Source of the DNA: Octopus sinensis
Taxonomy: Eukaryota
DNA length: 64,000 nucleotides
Assembly (NCBI RefSeq): GCF_006345805.1
Contig: NC_043018.1
Coordinates: forward strand, 12,090,001 to 12,154,000
Reading direction: 5' to 3'
Below are positions 1 through 11,091 of the stretch, one piece after another. Both the position numbers and the translations under genes were made by a program. Numbering within the stretch: the first letter of the stretch is position 1; each line of letters starts with the position of its first letter. The notes under the pieces are model-generated. The model worked only from the letters and a program-made list of their open reading frames with translations. It did not search any database and was not told the DNA's origin.

Positions 1-700
1 TTGGTCACCTACGTAATGGAAGCTATCAACTTCTAGTTCTTTCCCTGGCATGTGACGGAAGCTGTTCTCTGCACATTTTCAGTGTTCGTTACCCCTCAGC
101 ATTTTCCACACAATAAACTATATTCCCCGTTAAACTTTCTATGATACTGCTGCACCTCTTATGTGTCCATAGCTTACACCAGATACATCTTATGGAGTTT
201 CTATCTCCACCTTTTCTTCAGATCGAGCAGGGTCATCTACCTGAAGAGATTTGTGAGTTGTCTACCTTTGTAGTTATTAAGACTTTGGTTTTTGCTAAGT
301 TGACTCTAAGGTCCTTTAATTCTAGACCTTGCTTCCACACCTGAAACTTCTCTAGTTCTGATATTGACTTAGCTATTAGAGCAAGGTCATTAGCATAGAT
401 CTCCCAGGGGCATCCAGTCTTGAATTCCTCTGTTATTGCCTGGAGGACTATAATGAATAAGAGGGGGCTGAGGACTGATCCTTGGTGGATCCCTACCCCT
501 ACCTGGAATTCTTCTCTATACTTGTTGCCAACCCCCACCTTACTGACAGCATACCTGTACATGGCTTGTACAGCTCTCACTAACCACTCATCTATCCCTA
601 GTTTCCACATTGAGCACCAGATAAGGGATCGAGGGACCCTGTCAAAGGCTTTCTCCATGTCAACAAAAGCCAAGTACAGAGGTTTATCTTTGGCTAGGCT
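1..700 (-). mobile_element. RTE-clade LINE fragment (reverse transcriptase, degenerate)
   Basis: ORF 233..673(-) has RT motifs AFVDMEKAFDRVPR, GIHQGSVLSPLLF, YANDL (YADD), KTKV. Bases 1-250 are the reverse complement of the copy at ~3640-3880. Confidence 0.9.
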
Positions 701-707
701 GTCTTAC

Positions 708-758
708 CAAAAATATAACAACAGTGGTGCTTCTTGCTGGCACAAACTCAAACTGCAT
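708..758 (-). CDS. Putative first coding exon segment of an unidentified gene running off the left edge (MQFEFVPARSTTVVIFL)
   Basis: Minus-strand exon 708..819 flanked by a pyrimidine-rich ...ATCAG acceptor and a TTG|GTAAGA donor; ATG at 758 open to the donor in phase 0. No homology recognised. Confidence 0.35.
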
Positions 759-979
759 CTTGTCTAAACTAACTTTCCTTAAATAGTTGGGCTATGGCCC
801 TCTCTGTGATTTTCATAACCTGATCCAATACACATACACACAGACAAAGAGAAAAACAAAAATATGGATTTTAAATCTGGGAAAGTACTTTATGATCATT
901 ATAATAAAATGAAAAGCATTTTCTTCATAGAAAATGCTTTCTAATAAATATATTTTGAAGATTGTTTTTTATCTTTTTC

Positions 980-1248
980 TTGTTTCAGTCATTTGGACTT
1001 ATGGCCATGTTGGGGCATCGCCTTTTAGTTGAACAAATCAACCACCACAGATTATTTTTTTAAAACCTGATACTTATTCTATCAGTTTCTTTTGCCAAAC
1101 CACTATGTTACAGGGATGTAAACATAAACACACCAACATCGGTTGTCAAGTGATGGTGAGGGAGAAACACAGACACAAAACATAGATATATATGTATATC
1201 TTTATACAACAGGCTTCTTTCAGTTTCTTTCTACCAAATCCACTTTGG
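980..1248 (-). mobile_element. tRNA-derived SINE, family A (partial)
   Basis: Matches the repeated family TTTCAGTCATTTGACTGCGGCC...TCTACCAAATCCAC seen at 25086, 43790, 58505. Confidence 0.75.
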
Positions 1249-1625
1249 TTGTCTGTACATGCCATCACTTTTCTAACGCCATAAGACTATTTGTTGATGG
1301 GATGACATACGAGGTCAGCATGAAGAGACATCCGCACTTCCTAGAATTGTCGTGAGACAAAGAGTAAAAGTACATGAGGCAGGGGGGGGGAGAGGGAGAG
1401 AGAAAAATTCAAAGTGGTAGAGAATTCGGTGAGGGAAAGATGAAAAAGAAAAGAAAAAAAAGATAAAAAGAAAGAAGAAAATTTAAAAGGAACAAAAAAA
1501 AATAGGCGCACAGGAGCTCAGCAAAGGTAAGAAATAAAGTAATGATCCACGAGTAAGAACGCACTTAGTTATTTCCCTTGATCTCTGTCCGTTTCCCTAA
1601 TTTGCCACCAGTCGTCATGTGGAAG

Positions 1626-1755
1626 AATGGCGCCATTTACGAAAGTTATTTTATTGAGGAAGATGAAGAAGAAGTTGGCTGAGTTGGTGACATCGTGAGA
1701 GATCTGTCAGGTTGTGATATAGCTGTATGAAAGACAGCTACACATACTGGTGAGT
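1626..1755. promoter_or_regulatory. Candidate bidirectional promoter / non-coding first exon of TRAIP
   Basis: Perfect palindrome AATGGCGCCATT (1626..1637, two YY1-like CGCCAT cores) in a locally CpG-richer stretch; consensus + strand donor CTG|GTGAGT at 1749/1750. Another strong donor CAG|GTAAGA at 2633/2634. TRAIP's ATG exon is preceded by an acceptor, so an upstream UTR exon is expected. Confidence 0.4.
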
Positions 1756-2010
1756 GACACTTCATTTATTCTAAAATCTCTATGATCTCGAATATCATTT
1801 AGTTATTTGAGGGAGATTTATCACAAAAGCCAGAAAAAGGAGAGAAAACTGGGATAATGTTTACTTTAACGCCCTGGCACCAAAATAATAATAATAATAA
1901 GTGTATTGATCGTAAATAAATGTGTATTTAACGAATATGAGAAGAAACATTTGCGGCAACGAACCGATTATAAGGAAATTTGGGCGGAGGTAAGGAATAC
2001 GTACACCTCT

Positions 2011-2142
2011 TTCTTTACAAACCCACAAAGGGGCTAAACACAGAGGGGACAAACAAGGACAGACAAAGGGATTAAGTCGATTACGTCGACCCCAGTGCGT
2101 AACTGGTACTTGATTTATCGACCCCGAAAGGATGAAAGGCAA
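2011..2142 (-). mobile_element. SINE family B, 3' part
   Basis: Reverse complement of the 3' half of the copy at 42344-42571. Confidence 0.8.
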
Positions 2143-2874
2143 CACCACCCGTTTTCAGCGTAACACAGCACCGGGTGTACGTATTCTTTACTTCTGCCGA
2201 AATGTGAGGGAAAATGAGGAGAAGACTTTCGAAGGTAAAGAAATGGAAAAATAGATTCGTTTATTTGAAAGTTTACCATTTATTTTCGTTTGAATGATAG
2301 AAAAAGGTTTTTAAAAAGGATTCCATGTATTATGGTGAGAGAAAGAAATCCATAAATACGGTGTTGAAAGGGTTTCAGGAAAATTAGTTTCTATAATGGG
2401 AGATTTCTCATACGGCAGAGATTACGATTATAAAGAAATTTGTGAGAAAACTTTAAATTTTTTCCGGGGAGTGGGGAGAAAAGTTTCGGATCAGGAAGAC
2501 CACATAAGTTCATTTGGCATTCTTTCGATATAACTCGACAAAATCAAAACATTTCACTTCGGGTATTTCCGTGGAAGCAAATGACAGTTCGACTCTGGAA
2601 ATTTGTGGATTTTACATAGACACATGAAACCAGGTAAGAACAAATATGCAAGGCTTTTTTTCTTCAAGTTTAAAATGAGACATTGCTGGCATAATTTCGT
2701 TATATCTACACTCCACAAACCACAGAAATATCTGGTGAAATGTTTTGATTTTGTCGAGTTATATCGAAAGAATGCCTTTCATTTCTTTTTTGTACTTAAA
2801 AACTATAGGAGGAGCCTTTTCAGTATTAAAAAAAAAATGTAAATATTTTCAGAGGAAACAGTGGTTTAAGGGAG

Positions 2875-3189
2875 ATTTGGCTGTCGTTTCTAGTGTGTTT
2901 CCAATTGTTTTGGTGGCTGATGTTCCTGCAGCTAGAAGGTCATTCCTAAGCTCTTCTCGAGTAGTTTTAGGGTTGTTCTGGACAGTTCTTAATAAATGTG
3001 ATGTTGCATGAGGGGATATCTTCCCGGGAGCTCCACATCGAGGATGCTTCACAGTGATCTTATCCCTTTCCCATTTACATACAATAGCACCCACAGTTGT
3101 TCACTTGTCTTCTGATAGCCAAATATAGCCTTGTGCAGCTTAATAATCTGATCTCTACAATCTTTAGACAACTCTTTGGTTTAACTCAT
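2875..3189 (-). mobile_element. Tc1-type transposase relic (N-terminal paired HTH)
   Basis: ATG at 3189 reads MS*TKELSKDCRDQIIKLHKA..., then TTVGAIVCKWERDKITVKHPRCGAPGKISP...VQNNPKTTREELRNDLLAAGT; stops and frameshift present. Confidence 0.85.
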
Positions 3190-3593
3190 GGTGATTGATT
3201 TAATTTGTTAAATAATCTGAAAGAAACAAAATTATTTTAAATACAGTACATAATTAGATTTGTTAAGTTAGATTTCTTCTAATATATTGATATTTTATAT
3301 TTACTTTGAATAAATATTCCTATATTTGATCATATTGCACTTTTGTCAATAATGTATCAAATAGTTATTTCTCATAGCATTTGTCAAATTCGTGTATAAT
3401 TGCTAAGCTATATTATTTTATCCATTATTTAGGTTGTAATATTAACTGAAAGGTGTGTAAAAGTGTACTGCTATAATTTTATTATATTAGCATTAATAGA
3501 AATAGGTAAACTTTGAAAATCAGCAGGGTGTTAAATATATATATAACTCTAACCCTAACCCTCAGTGTATACATATATATATATATATATATA

Positions 3594-4937
3594 AAACAAA
3601 AGTCCTAAGTAGGAAGGCAGGCAAACCACAAATGCCTTCAGGTAGATGGCCCTGCTCAATCTGTACTAGAGGCATAGGTAGAAAAGATGTGCCCAGTGTA
3701 AGCTATGGACACACAAGAGGTGCAGCAATATCAAAGGAAGGCTAACTGGGAAGATAGTTTTTGTATGTGACAAATGCTCAGGTGCTATTCACACTGAAAA
3801 TGTGCAGAGAACAGCTTCTGTCACATTCCAGGGAGAAAAACTACAAGTAGTTGATAGCTTCCGTTACCTAGGGGACCTAGTCAGTAGCGGGGATGGATGC
3901 TCTGAAAGTGTAGCTGCTAGAATAAGAATAGCCTGGACAGAGAGCTCCTACCTCTGTTGGTAACAAAGGGCCTCTTGCTCAGAGTAAAAGGTAGACTGTA
4001 TGACGCATGTGTACGAACAGCCATGCTACATGGCAGTGAAACACGGGCTGTGACTGCTGAGGACATGCGTATGCTTGCAAGGAATGAAGCCAGTATGCTC
4101 CGTTGGATGTGTAATGTCAGTGTGCATACATGACAGTGTAAGTGCCCTGAGAGAAAAGTTGGACTTAAGAAGCATCAGATGTGGTGTGCAAGAGAGACGA
4201 CTGCACTGGTATGGTCATGTGGCGAGAATGGATGAGGATAACTGTGTGAAAAGTGCCACACTCTAGCGGTTGAGGGAACCTGTGGAAGAGGTAGACCCAA
4301 GAAGACCTGGGAGGAAGTGGTGAAGCACGACCTTTGAACTTTAGGCCTCATCAAGGCAATGACTAGTGACTGAGACTTTTGGAAATATGCTGTGCTTGAG
4401 AAGACCCAGCAAGCCAAATGAGACCATAACCTTGTGGCCTATGCCAGGGATGTAACCAGCCCACTTATATGTACCTTTCCTTCTTTGGACATTAAACTCT
4501 GCTTGCGAAGACCTGTTGAGACAAGTGAAATTGAAATCAAATTCGATGACTGGCATCTGTGCTAGTGGGACTCTAAGAGCACCATCCGAGCGTGATCGTT
4601 GCCAGAGCAGCTAACTGGCTTCCGTGCCGGTGGCACGTAAAAGGCACCATTTGAGCGTGATCATCACCAGCATCGCCTTACTAGTACTTGTGCCGGTGGC
4701 ATGTGAAAAAGCATTTGAGTGAGGTCGTTGCTAGTACTGCCTGACTGGCCCCTGTGCTAGTGGCATGTAAAAGCAGCCACTTCACTCTCGGAGTGGTTGG
4801 CATTAGGAAGGGCATCCAGCTGTAGAAACCCTGCCAGATCAAGATTGGAGCCTGGTGCAGCCATCTGGTTCGCCAATTCTCAGTCAAATCGTCCAACCCA
4901 TGCTAGCATGGAAAGCGGATGTTAAACAATGATGATG
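3594..4937 (+). mobile_element. 5'-truncated RTE-clade LINE with 3' UTR and (GAT)n tail
   Basis: KTKVL...FRYLGD...ARIRIAW...RRLHWYGHVARM...GRGRPKKTW in broken frames; ends GGAAAGCGGATGTTAAACAATGATGATG. Confidence 0.9.
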
Positions 4938-5325
4938 TAACAGTGTGTTAGTAAACTAACATTTTTACGCTGTTTTCAGGTTTCAATGTCGGTGCTAACT
5001 TGTCCCGGTCAAATAACTCCAAGGACATGTTAGAAGATTGATGAGTATTTTGGGGACATAAAGTATTTCCTGTCTTTTTCTATTTTCTTCTCTATTGTCT
5101 CAGCCAACATATTTTCCTGAATGAAAAATGAAGTTTATAGAAATTGATGCAAGTTGTGTTTGTGTTATTTTGTTATTTGCTGAAAAGATGTGCAGAAGTT
5201 CATAACACGAGCAGTTCTTGCTTTCCTCTTAATACACTCCAGGTTACATATACCGAAACGAGATATTTTGAAGTTTAATTTCCGAAAGCGAAAACAAAAC
5301 TTTTGAAGCTGGTTCCTTTGCAATT

Positions 5326-5638
5326 GCATAACTACAGATGTGTACCCACTCCCTGACTTTGTTGCCTCATAACTTCCAGAAAAATGGATACTTTTTAATG
5401 AAATTTTCAACAAATACTGCTTGGATGCTGTGGATTCAGAGTATGTAGGGATTTATGGAAATCCCTTATTCGAAACTCCTCTCCCCACCCTCTCAGAAAA
5501 ATTTCCCCCACAAATTTCTTTATAATCATAATCTATGCTGTTTGAAAATAATTTGTATAAATTTTCATTAAAAGATATTCATTTTTCTGGAAGTTATGAG
5601 GCAACAAATTCAGGTGGGGTACATATCTGTGGCTATGC
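5326..5638. mobile_element. MITE-like foldback with ~90-bp inverted arms
   Basis: GCATAACTACAGATGTGTACCC...TTGTTGCCTCATAACTTCCAGAAAAATG (5326-5415) is the reverse complement of 5551-5638. Confidence 0.7.
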
Positions 5639-5769
5639 TAAAACAAACAGATGTTCATTTAAAAACTAGGCAAAAAATTAATTTTTTCCAGAAATTAAAA
5701 TTCACAACTGTTAGTTTTCACTTTTTTCTTCATGTTAAATATGTGCTTTTCTTCAATTGCAGTGTTTAA

Positions 5770-6005
5770 ATGAATGCTTACTGTGTTATCTGTTCGGACC
5801 GGTTTGTGTCAACTGGTGGTGAATGGGACATTGCTGCAGGCATTTGTGGTCATACGTTCCACTCTGCCTGTTTGGGTACATGGTTGGAAACTTCCAGAAC
5901 ATGCCCAACCTGCCGGAAACGCTGGTCAAAGAAAGATGTTGCCATAAAGTTATATTTTGACTTTGATAATGTAGCATTGGAAACCGAAGAAACATCTACT
6001 CCCAG
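5770..6005 (+). CDS. TRAIP: E3 ubiquitin ligase TRAIP, coding exon 1 (RING finger)
   Basis: MNAYCVICSDRF...AAGICGHTFHSACLGTWLETSRTCPTCR...IKLYFD matches the TRAIP/NOPO RING; acceptor TTGCAG ends at 5762; donor CAG|GTGAG at 6005/6006, phase 2. Confidence 0.93.
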
Positions 6006-6968
6006 GTGAGAATGAGTTTTCTCTTCATCTAACACTTTGTGACCGTGGAGAATGAATGGTTGTTATTCAGTATTCAGTACCTTGCTGTGAGGTTGACAAC
6101 AGAAACAACCTTAAGCTGTAACAAAAGACAATAAAATGACTTCGCTGTAAACAGGAATTTTCTCTCTTTGCTCCTTTCTGTCACATGGGCTCAACTCCCC
6201 TCCCCTCTTTATCTGACAATGTATACATTTAAGCACAAAAGAGGCGACTCTTAACAGGCAGCCTTACATGCTAGAAGGAGCAGTCAAAACGTTCAAAACT
6301 ACATTTAAGAGGAATTTCGAAGGGAATGAAAAATAAAAAAACTTTTACCCTGTTTTTTTTGTTTCAGCTTTAATTAGCAAATAAAATAATTTCCTAGTTC
6401 TCAGTGGCTACACCAAAACAGTAACATATAATTTAGAGACAGAATAACACATGTCTCATCATTAGATATTATAATTTCTCAAATTCACTGCGCAATTGTG
6501 GTTTCAGTCAGCAGCAAATTAAAAAAATTCCAAATTAACTTCCGAAATTACTAAAATCATATTCATAAAATAAAAGATAGCAAAACTTTAGAAATTTTGC
6601 TATTCTATGTTATTTTATGTATATATGTGGATTATATATATATATATATGTATGTATGTGTGTGTGTGTGTATTGTTAATGTCTTTTGTTTGTATTTGTG
6701 TACCATTTCTCCATTTTTCCGTCCTTGTTTTCTTATACATTTGCTGCTTTCTTCTAAGGAATCTAGTGCTCTTAGCTTAGTTTTTCTTTGCGGCTGGCCA
6801 GATTGGAGCAATCTCGAGTATAACCAGCCGAAATTGCAAAGATAATCTGGAACTCAACTGCAGAAAGAAATCCGTCATTACACAGATTACAAATGGCTGC
6901 TATTTAATTGCATATTAGTATTTTTGTATTTGTTTTTGTATTTGTTTTTGTATAGTGTTTGTAAAAAA

Positions 6969-7440
6969 CATCCTGATGAGGGGAGTGTCAGTTTTGATGA
7001 TATCAAATATATCATATCGCTTGGCACGTCTCTGAAACGCAGATGGAACTCTTAATTTTTTAATTTTTGTGTTGTTTTTCGGGGGTTTTTAATATGTCCT
7101 TTTAATGTTTCATCATCCCAAATTTTTAATTATACCAATATTTTTTAACTTTTAAAATGTCAATTCACTGTGTTTTATGTATAACACTGATTCATATCTA
7201 TTTATATATATTTTTATGTCTTTATATCTGGAATTTATACATCCGTTTCGTAAATGTGGAAGAATATAGGAATCTATGTATCTATTTGATCTTTGAGTGT
7301 GGAGCTTAATTATGTTCCTCTAGTTTCCACTTGCATTGCCTCCGTTCAAATTAAGAAGTGAAATATAGCTCACTTGGAGGACTACAACTCCTGTCGGTAT
7401 TTTTTGCGAGTATTGTTAACACTAGCAATCTCAAAATAAA
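6969..7440. mobile_element. Penelope-like element terminus remnant with degenerate hammerhead core
   Basis: CATC-CTGATGA-stem-GAAAC-GCA-GATG at 6969..7045; adjacent AT-rich sequence reads IPIFFHIY on the - strand, resembling a GIY-YIG C-terminus. Confidence 0.45.
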
Positions 7441-7444
7441 GCTA

Positions 7445-7554
7445 TTTTATACATATATATATATATATACATATATATAAACATATATATATACATATAT
7501 ATAAACATATATATATACATAGATATATACACATTTTATATAAATATATATACA

Positions 7555-7634
<80 letters not shown>

Positions 7635-7722
7635 TGTATATATACATATATATAAACATATATATATATATACATATATACATATGCATAAATATACATA
7701 CATATAAACATACATATACATA
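7445..7722. repeat. (TA)n/(TACA)n compound microsatellite
   Basis: Long TA run; source of the YIYI pseudo-ORFs. Confidence 0.95.
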
Positions 7723-8399
7723 TTTCTTTGTGTAAATGCGGTGCTCCAGCATGGCCACAGTCATATGACTGAGAGAAGTAAAACAATAAAAAACTATGCC
7801 ATTTTAATCCTGTGCAACGCTGGGTATCTCTGCTTGTATGTATGCGTACATATATATATATCTGAGGTACTACTTCCACTGCTACAACCACTAACAGCAA
7901 CAATACTAAAAGTGTTCATGATAACAGGAAAAAGCCAGCTATATCAGAAGAAAAGTCAGTAAAATTAATCTTATTTTGGGTTTAAAGTTCTGCAACTCCT
8001 ACCACCACCACCACCACCAACAACGTTTGTAAAGAAGATGATAACTGAAATGTAAAAATCCCTAGGAAAAATAGCAAAGCAATTACTGCTTTGGCCAGGG
8101 TCAAAATATAGGTCTCTTGACATTGTTCAACAAACTGTGACGCCTAAACCAAACACCAATCAACTTCAGTGATTTAGTAAAGCCATACACTGATTGCTGA
8201 GGATACAGTTTGCATATATTAACCTTCTGGTTTATATCTAAATGTTTTTAAGGCAAACAATTTAGCCATCTCACTTCAGTTGTAATTTGTAACACTAAAC
8301 TGTCACCACTGCTACATGAACCTTTAATATTCTGCCATATATCTCTTTTACACACGCATGCGCACCTTCGTTTTGGGATCACCACTGCTTTATTATCTC

Positions 8400-8620
8400 C
8401 CCTTCTCCCTAACTCTCCTGTGTGACCCTTCTGTCCGGCATTCGCCATAGATTGCTAGCCACGACACATTCTTTATTTTCTCTCTTTGTTCCTTTCTGTG
8501 GAAGAGCGTAGGCACGAAACGTTAAAGACTTTTTCACCTCCCGAGCATTATACTAATACATCTGTTTGTTGTCTACACCTCCTGTCTTCGTCTTTTTTTT
8601 TTTTGTGAATTCTCCCCGTA
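8400..8620 (+). repeat. Dispersed repeat, Penelope-terminus-like (copies at ~21160-21325 and ~26520-26755)
   Basis: Shared TTTCTGTGGAAGAGCGTAGGCTCGAAACGTTAAAGAC...TTATACTAATACATCTGTTTGTTGTCTACACC. Confidence 0.7.
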
Positions 8621-8869
8621 TCATTATATATTATATTATTATAAGATAGTAAATAAAACATGAAGATCAAAGTTGGAATTTCTTTGAGTAATGTGTGTGT
8701 GTGTGTGTGTGTGTACATGGTAATATGCACATTATATTAGCCGCCTGATGTCTCATACTATGATGGCAAGTTTGAGGAAGATAAAAGATGTACTTTCAAA
8801 CCTAGATTAATGCCTTAATGTACGTCTGATGTGTGGCTGCAACTTCCCCAACATTTGATGACCCGAAGC

Positions 8870-9830
8870 TGTCATAACCTCAGGGTTCAAATAGAAACAA
8901 TGCAATGAGGCAGAATCTTTAGTAGATCTAACGAAAATGATGTTCATGGAGCAGACCGTACTTTCCCCGACCAGAAATAACAACATCCTGGATCTTTGCT
9001 TCTCTAAGAATATAGACCTTATTCACAACATAAAAATATCACCGTCAACTCATTCAGGCCATAACATGATAGAACTGTCAATATCTGGTCTGAAGCTAAT
9101 TAAAGAGTCATACCACACAGCTGGCTCCCAAGTGCTGGCCAACCTGAATTTCTACAAGGCTGACTGGCAGTCTATGAACAAAGAGATACTCCAGCAAAAC
9201 TGGTTTAAAAGTCTGTCCATGCAAGACACTGGCATGAAAATCATTGAGTTCTTATCAATAATGTGAGCCATAAGTTTGTCCCAGAGAAGAAAGCCATTAT
9301 TCCCCGAGATAGGAGAATGAGACGGAGGATAAAGATTTCGAATCACTTAAACAAGGAACCTAATGACAGCCAAATGGTGCTCTTAGAGACTGAGAATAAA
9401 ATCAGAATCTCCCATGAAACAGAAAGGGTAAACTGAGAAACCAGGGTGGTGGAAAATATAAAGAGGAACCCTAAAGCCTTCTACAAGTTTACAAAAGAGT
9501 CTGCCTCAGGATAGGGCTGCTGTTTGATAAAAAGGGGCTCACTGACTGCAGACCCCAAGAGGAAAAGTGAAGTGCTCAAGCAATTCCAAAGTGTTTTCAC
9601 TTCTGCACTGGTAAACATGGAAATAAGTAGACCAGATGAGTTCTTCAACACGTCTAACCTACAAGAGAAAAGGGTGACCATTGATTACATTGCCATTACA
9701 GAAGAGGAATGTATTGTTGGCCATTGATGAGAAAGACTCAAACTCTACAACAGGCCCAGATGGACTCCCAACAATTCTTTTAAAAGCATGCAAGAAAGCT
9801 CTTGCAAAACCACTGCAAATATTTTTCCAG
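8870..9830 (+). mobile_element. CR1/Jockey-group LINE ORF2 remnant (end of APE endonuclease plus linker)
   Basis: PTRNNNILDLCF...SGHNMIEL...NFYKADW; ENIKRNPKAFYKF; KSEVLKQFQSVFT; GPDGLPTILLK; multiple stops. Confidence 0.8.
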
Positions 9831-10080
9831 AGTTGCCATTAATGCGCACACCGTTCAATGCAATGAATGCCAGAAGGTCTGCAAATCTAACAGAGACCTC
9901 GACAGACATTTTAAAATCTACAAAGATCAGAACTTAACTGCAACTCTTGGTGGTCCAAACTGGATATGCAGTCTATGTGGGTGTCTTTTTAAAACATTGT
10001 CTGGTTTAAAAGCCACATCAGGTGCCATGATAGGTGGTATAGGGGGTGGTCAAACTCTGCATAAGCAGTAGACAACCACT
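9830..10080 (+). mobile_element. LINE 3' end with C2H2-like zinc fingers (RTE-like)
   Basis: CNECQKVCKSNRDLDRH...CSLCGCLFKTLSGLK, frameshifted and ending at a TA microsatellite; no splice context. Confidence 0.5.
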
Positions 10081-10098
10081 ATATATATATAGATATAG

Positions 10099-10129
<31 letters not shown>

Positions 10130-10877
10130 TGTTTGTGTGTGTGTTATATATATATATATATTGCATCAGAAATCTGCAATGGCTCCATAACTACCATCTC
10201 AGCCATAACCTTGGAGCCATTGTAATCCGTTACAGTGCTTACCTAGCGTACCTAATCGTTTAGATCACCTGTGAACTAAACCCCCCCCCCCCCCATACTT
10301 TGTGTGTGTATATTTGCTTTTTGTGGAATAATGTTTATATGGGTTATGAGAGACAAAGAGACAAGCCATGACATGGTCAGGAGGGATCAATATGACTGTT
10401 GAATAAGGCTGTCTCACTTGTGCTGGTACCATGATAAAGGGTCCTTGTGGTCCCACAAGACTAAGGTCAGTAATACAGAGGTACAACTGCTGACAGGGCA
10501 GAACAGAAGGTCCAGATGGATTGGTGAAATTATTGGATCATTGGAAAAATACCTTGTGGTATTTGTTCTGGTCCCTTATATTCTGAATTCAAATCTGCTG
10601 AGGTTAAATTTGCTTTTCATTGTTGAGAGTCGATAAAAGTACCACCCTAATACTTGGGTCAGTATAATTGACTAACCCATTCCCCTTACTAGTCTTGTGT
10701 CTCTACTTTTAAGATTGGTCGGTTGGTAGAATTGGTAGAGGATCAGACAAAATTCCTCTTGCTATTTCTTCTGATTCTTTATGTTCTGAGTTCAAATTCT
10801 GCCTAGAATAACTTTGACTTTTGGGGATTGATAAAGTAAAGTCCCCGTCAAGTACTGAGGTTGATATTATTGATTAA

Positions 10878-11091
10878 CCCTTTCGTTGCTGTATTTATTT
10901 TGGGATGCTTTGTGTTTCTTTCAATTACTTTAAATATAACAAAGAATTTAGTAAAATAACTTAGTTATCATGAAGCTAGTGTTAGGAACATAAATTGTGA
11001 CTAAGGTTTGGTGGAAAATTTTAATTCAAAACTTATGAAAACAAAACATTTGTACTCAGAGCCAGTTTCAGCAGGCTTAATAACAAAAGGG
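10878..11091. mobile_element. piggyBac-type MITE nested in a family-B SINE
   Basis: TTAA|CCCTTTCGTT ... AACAAAAGGG|CTAA; the flanks rejoin as the SINE-B 3' end (~10720-11135). Confidence 0.65.

Noticed and set aside
1984-2196. 24-bp inverted repeat flanking a SINE fragment
   Set aside because: Real but short; likely a decayed non-autonomous DNA element that cannot be classified from sequence.
3549-3562. Telomeric CCCTAA repeat
   Set aside because: Only about two units; too short to call an interstitial telomere.
7442-7903. ORFs of YIYI/VCVC composition (also 58044-58481 and 57193-57549)
   Set aside because: Translations of TA/TG microsatellites.
9802-10071. C2H2 zinc-finger gene fragment
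   Set aside because: Frameshifted, no TGEKP linkers or splice sites, fused to LINE sequence; better explained as a LINE ORF2 C-terminus.
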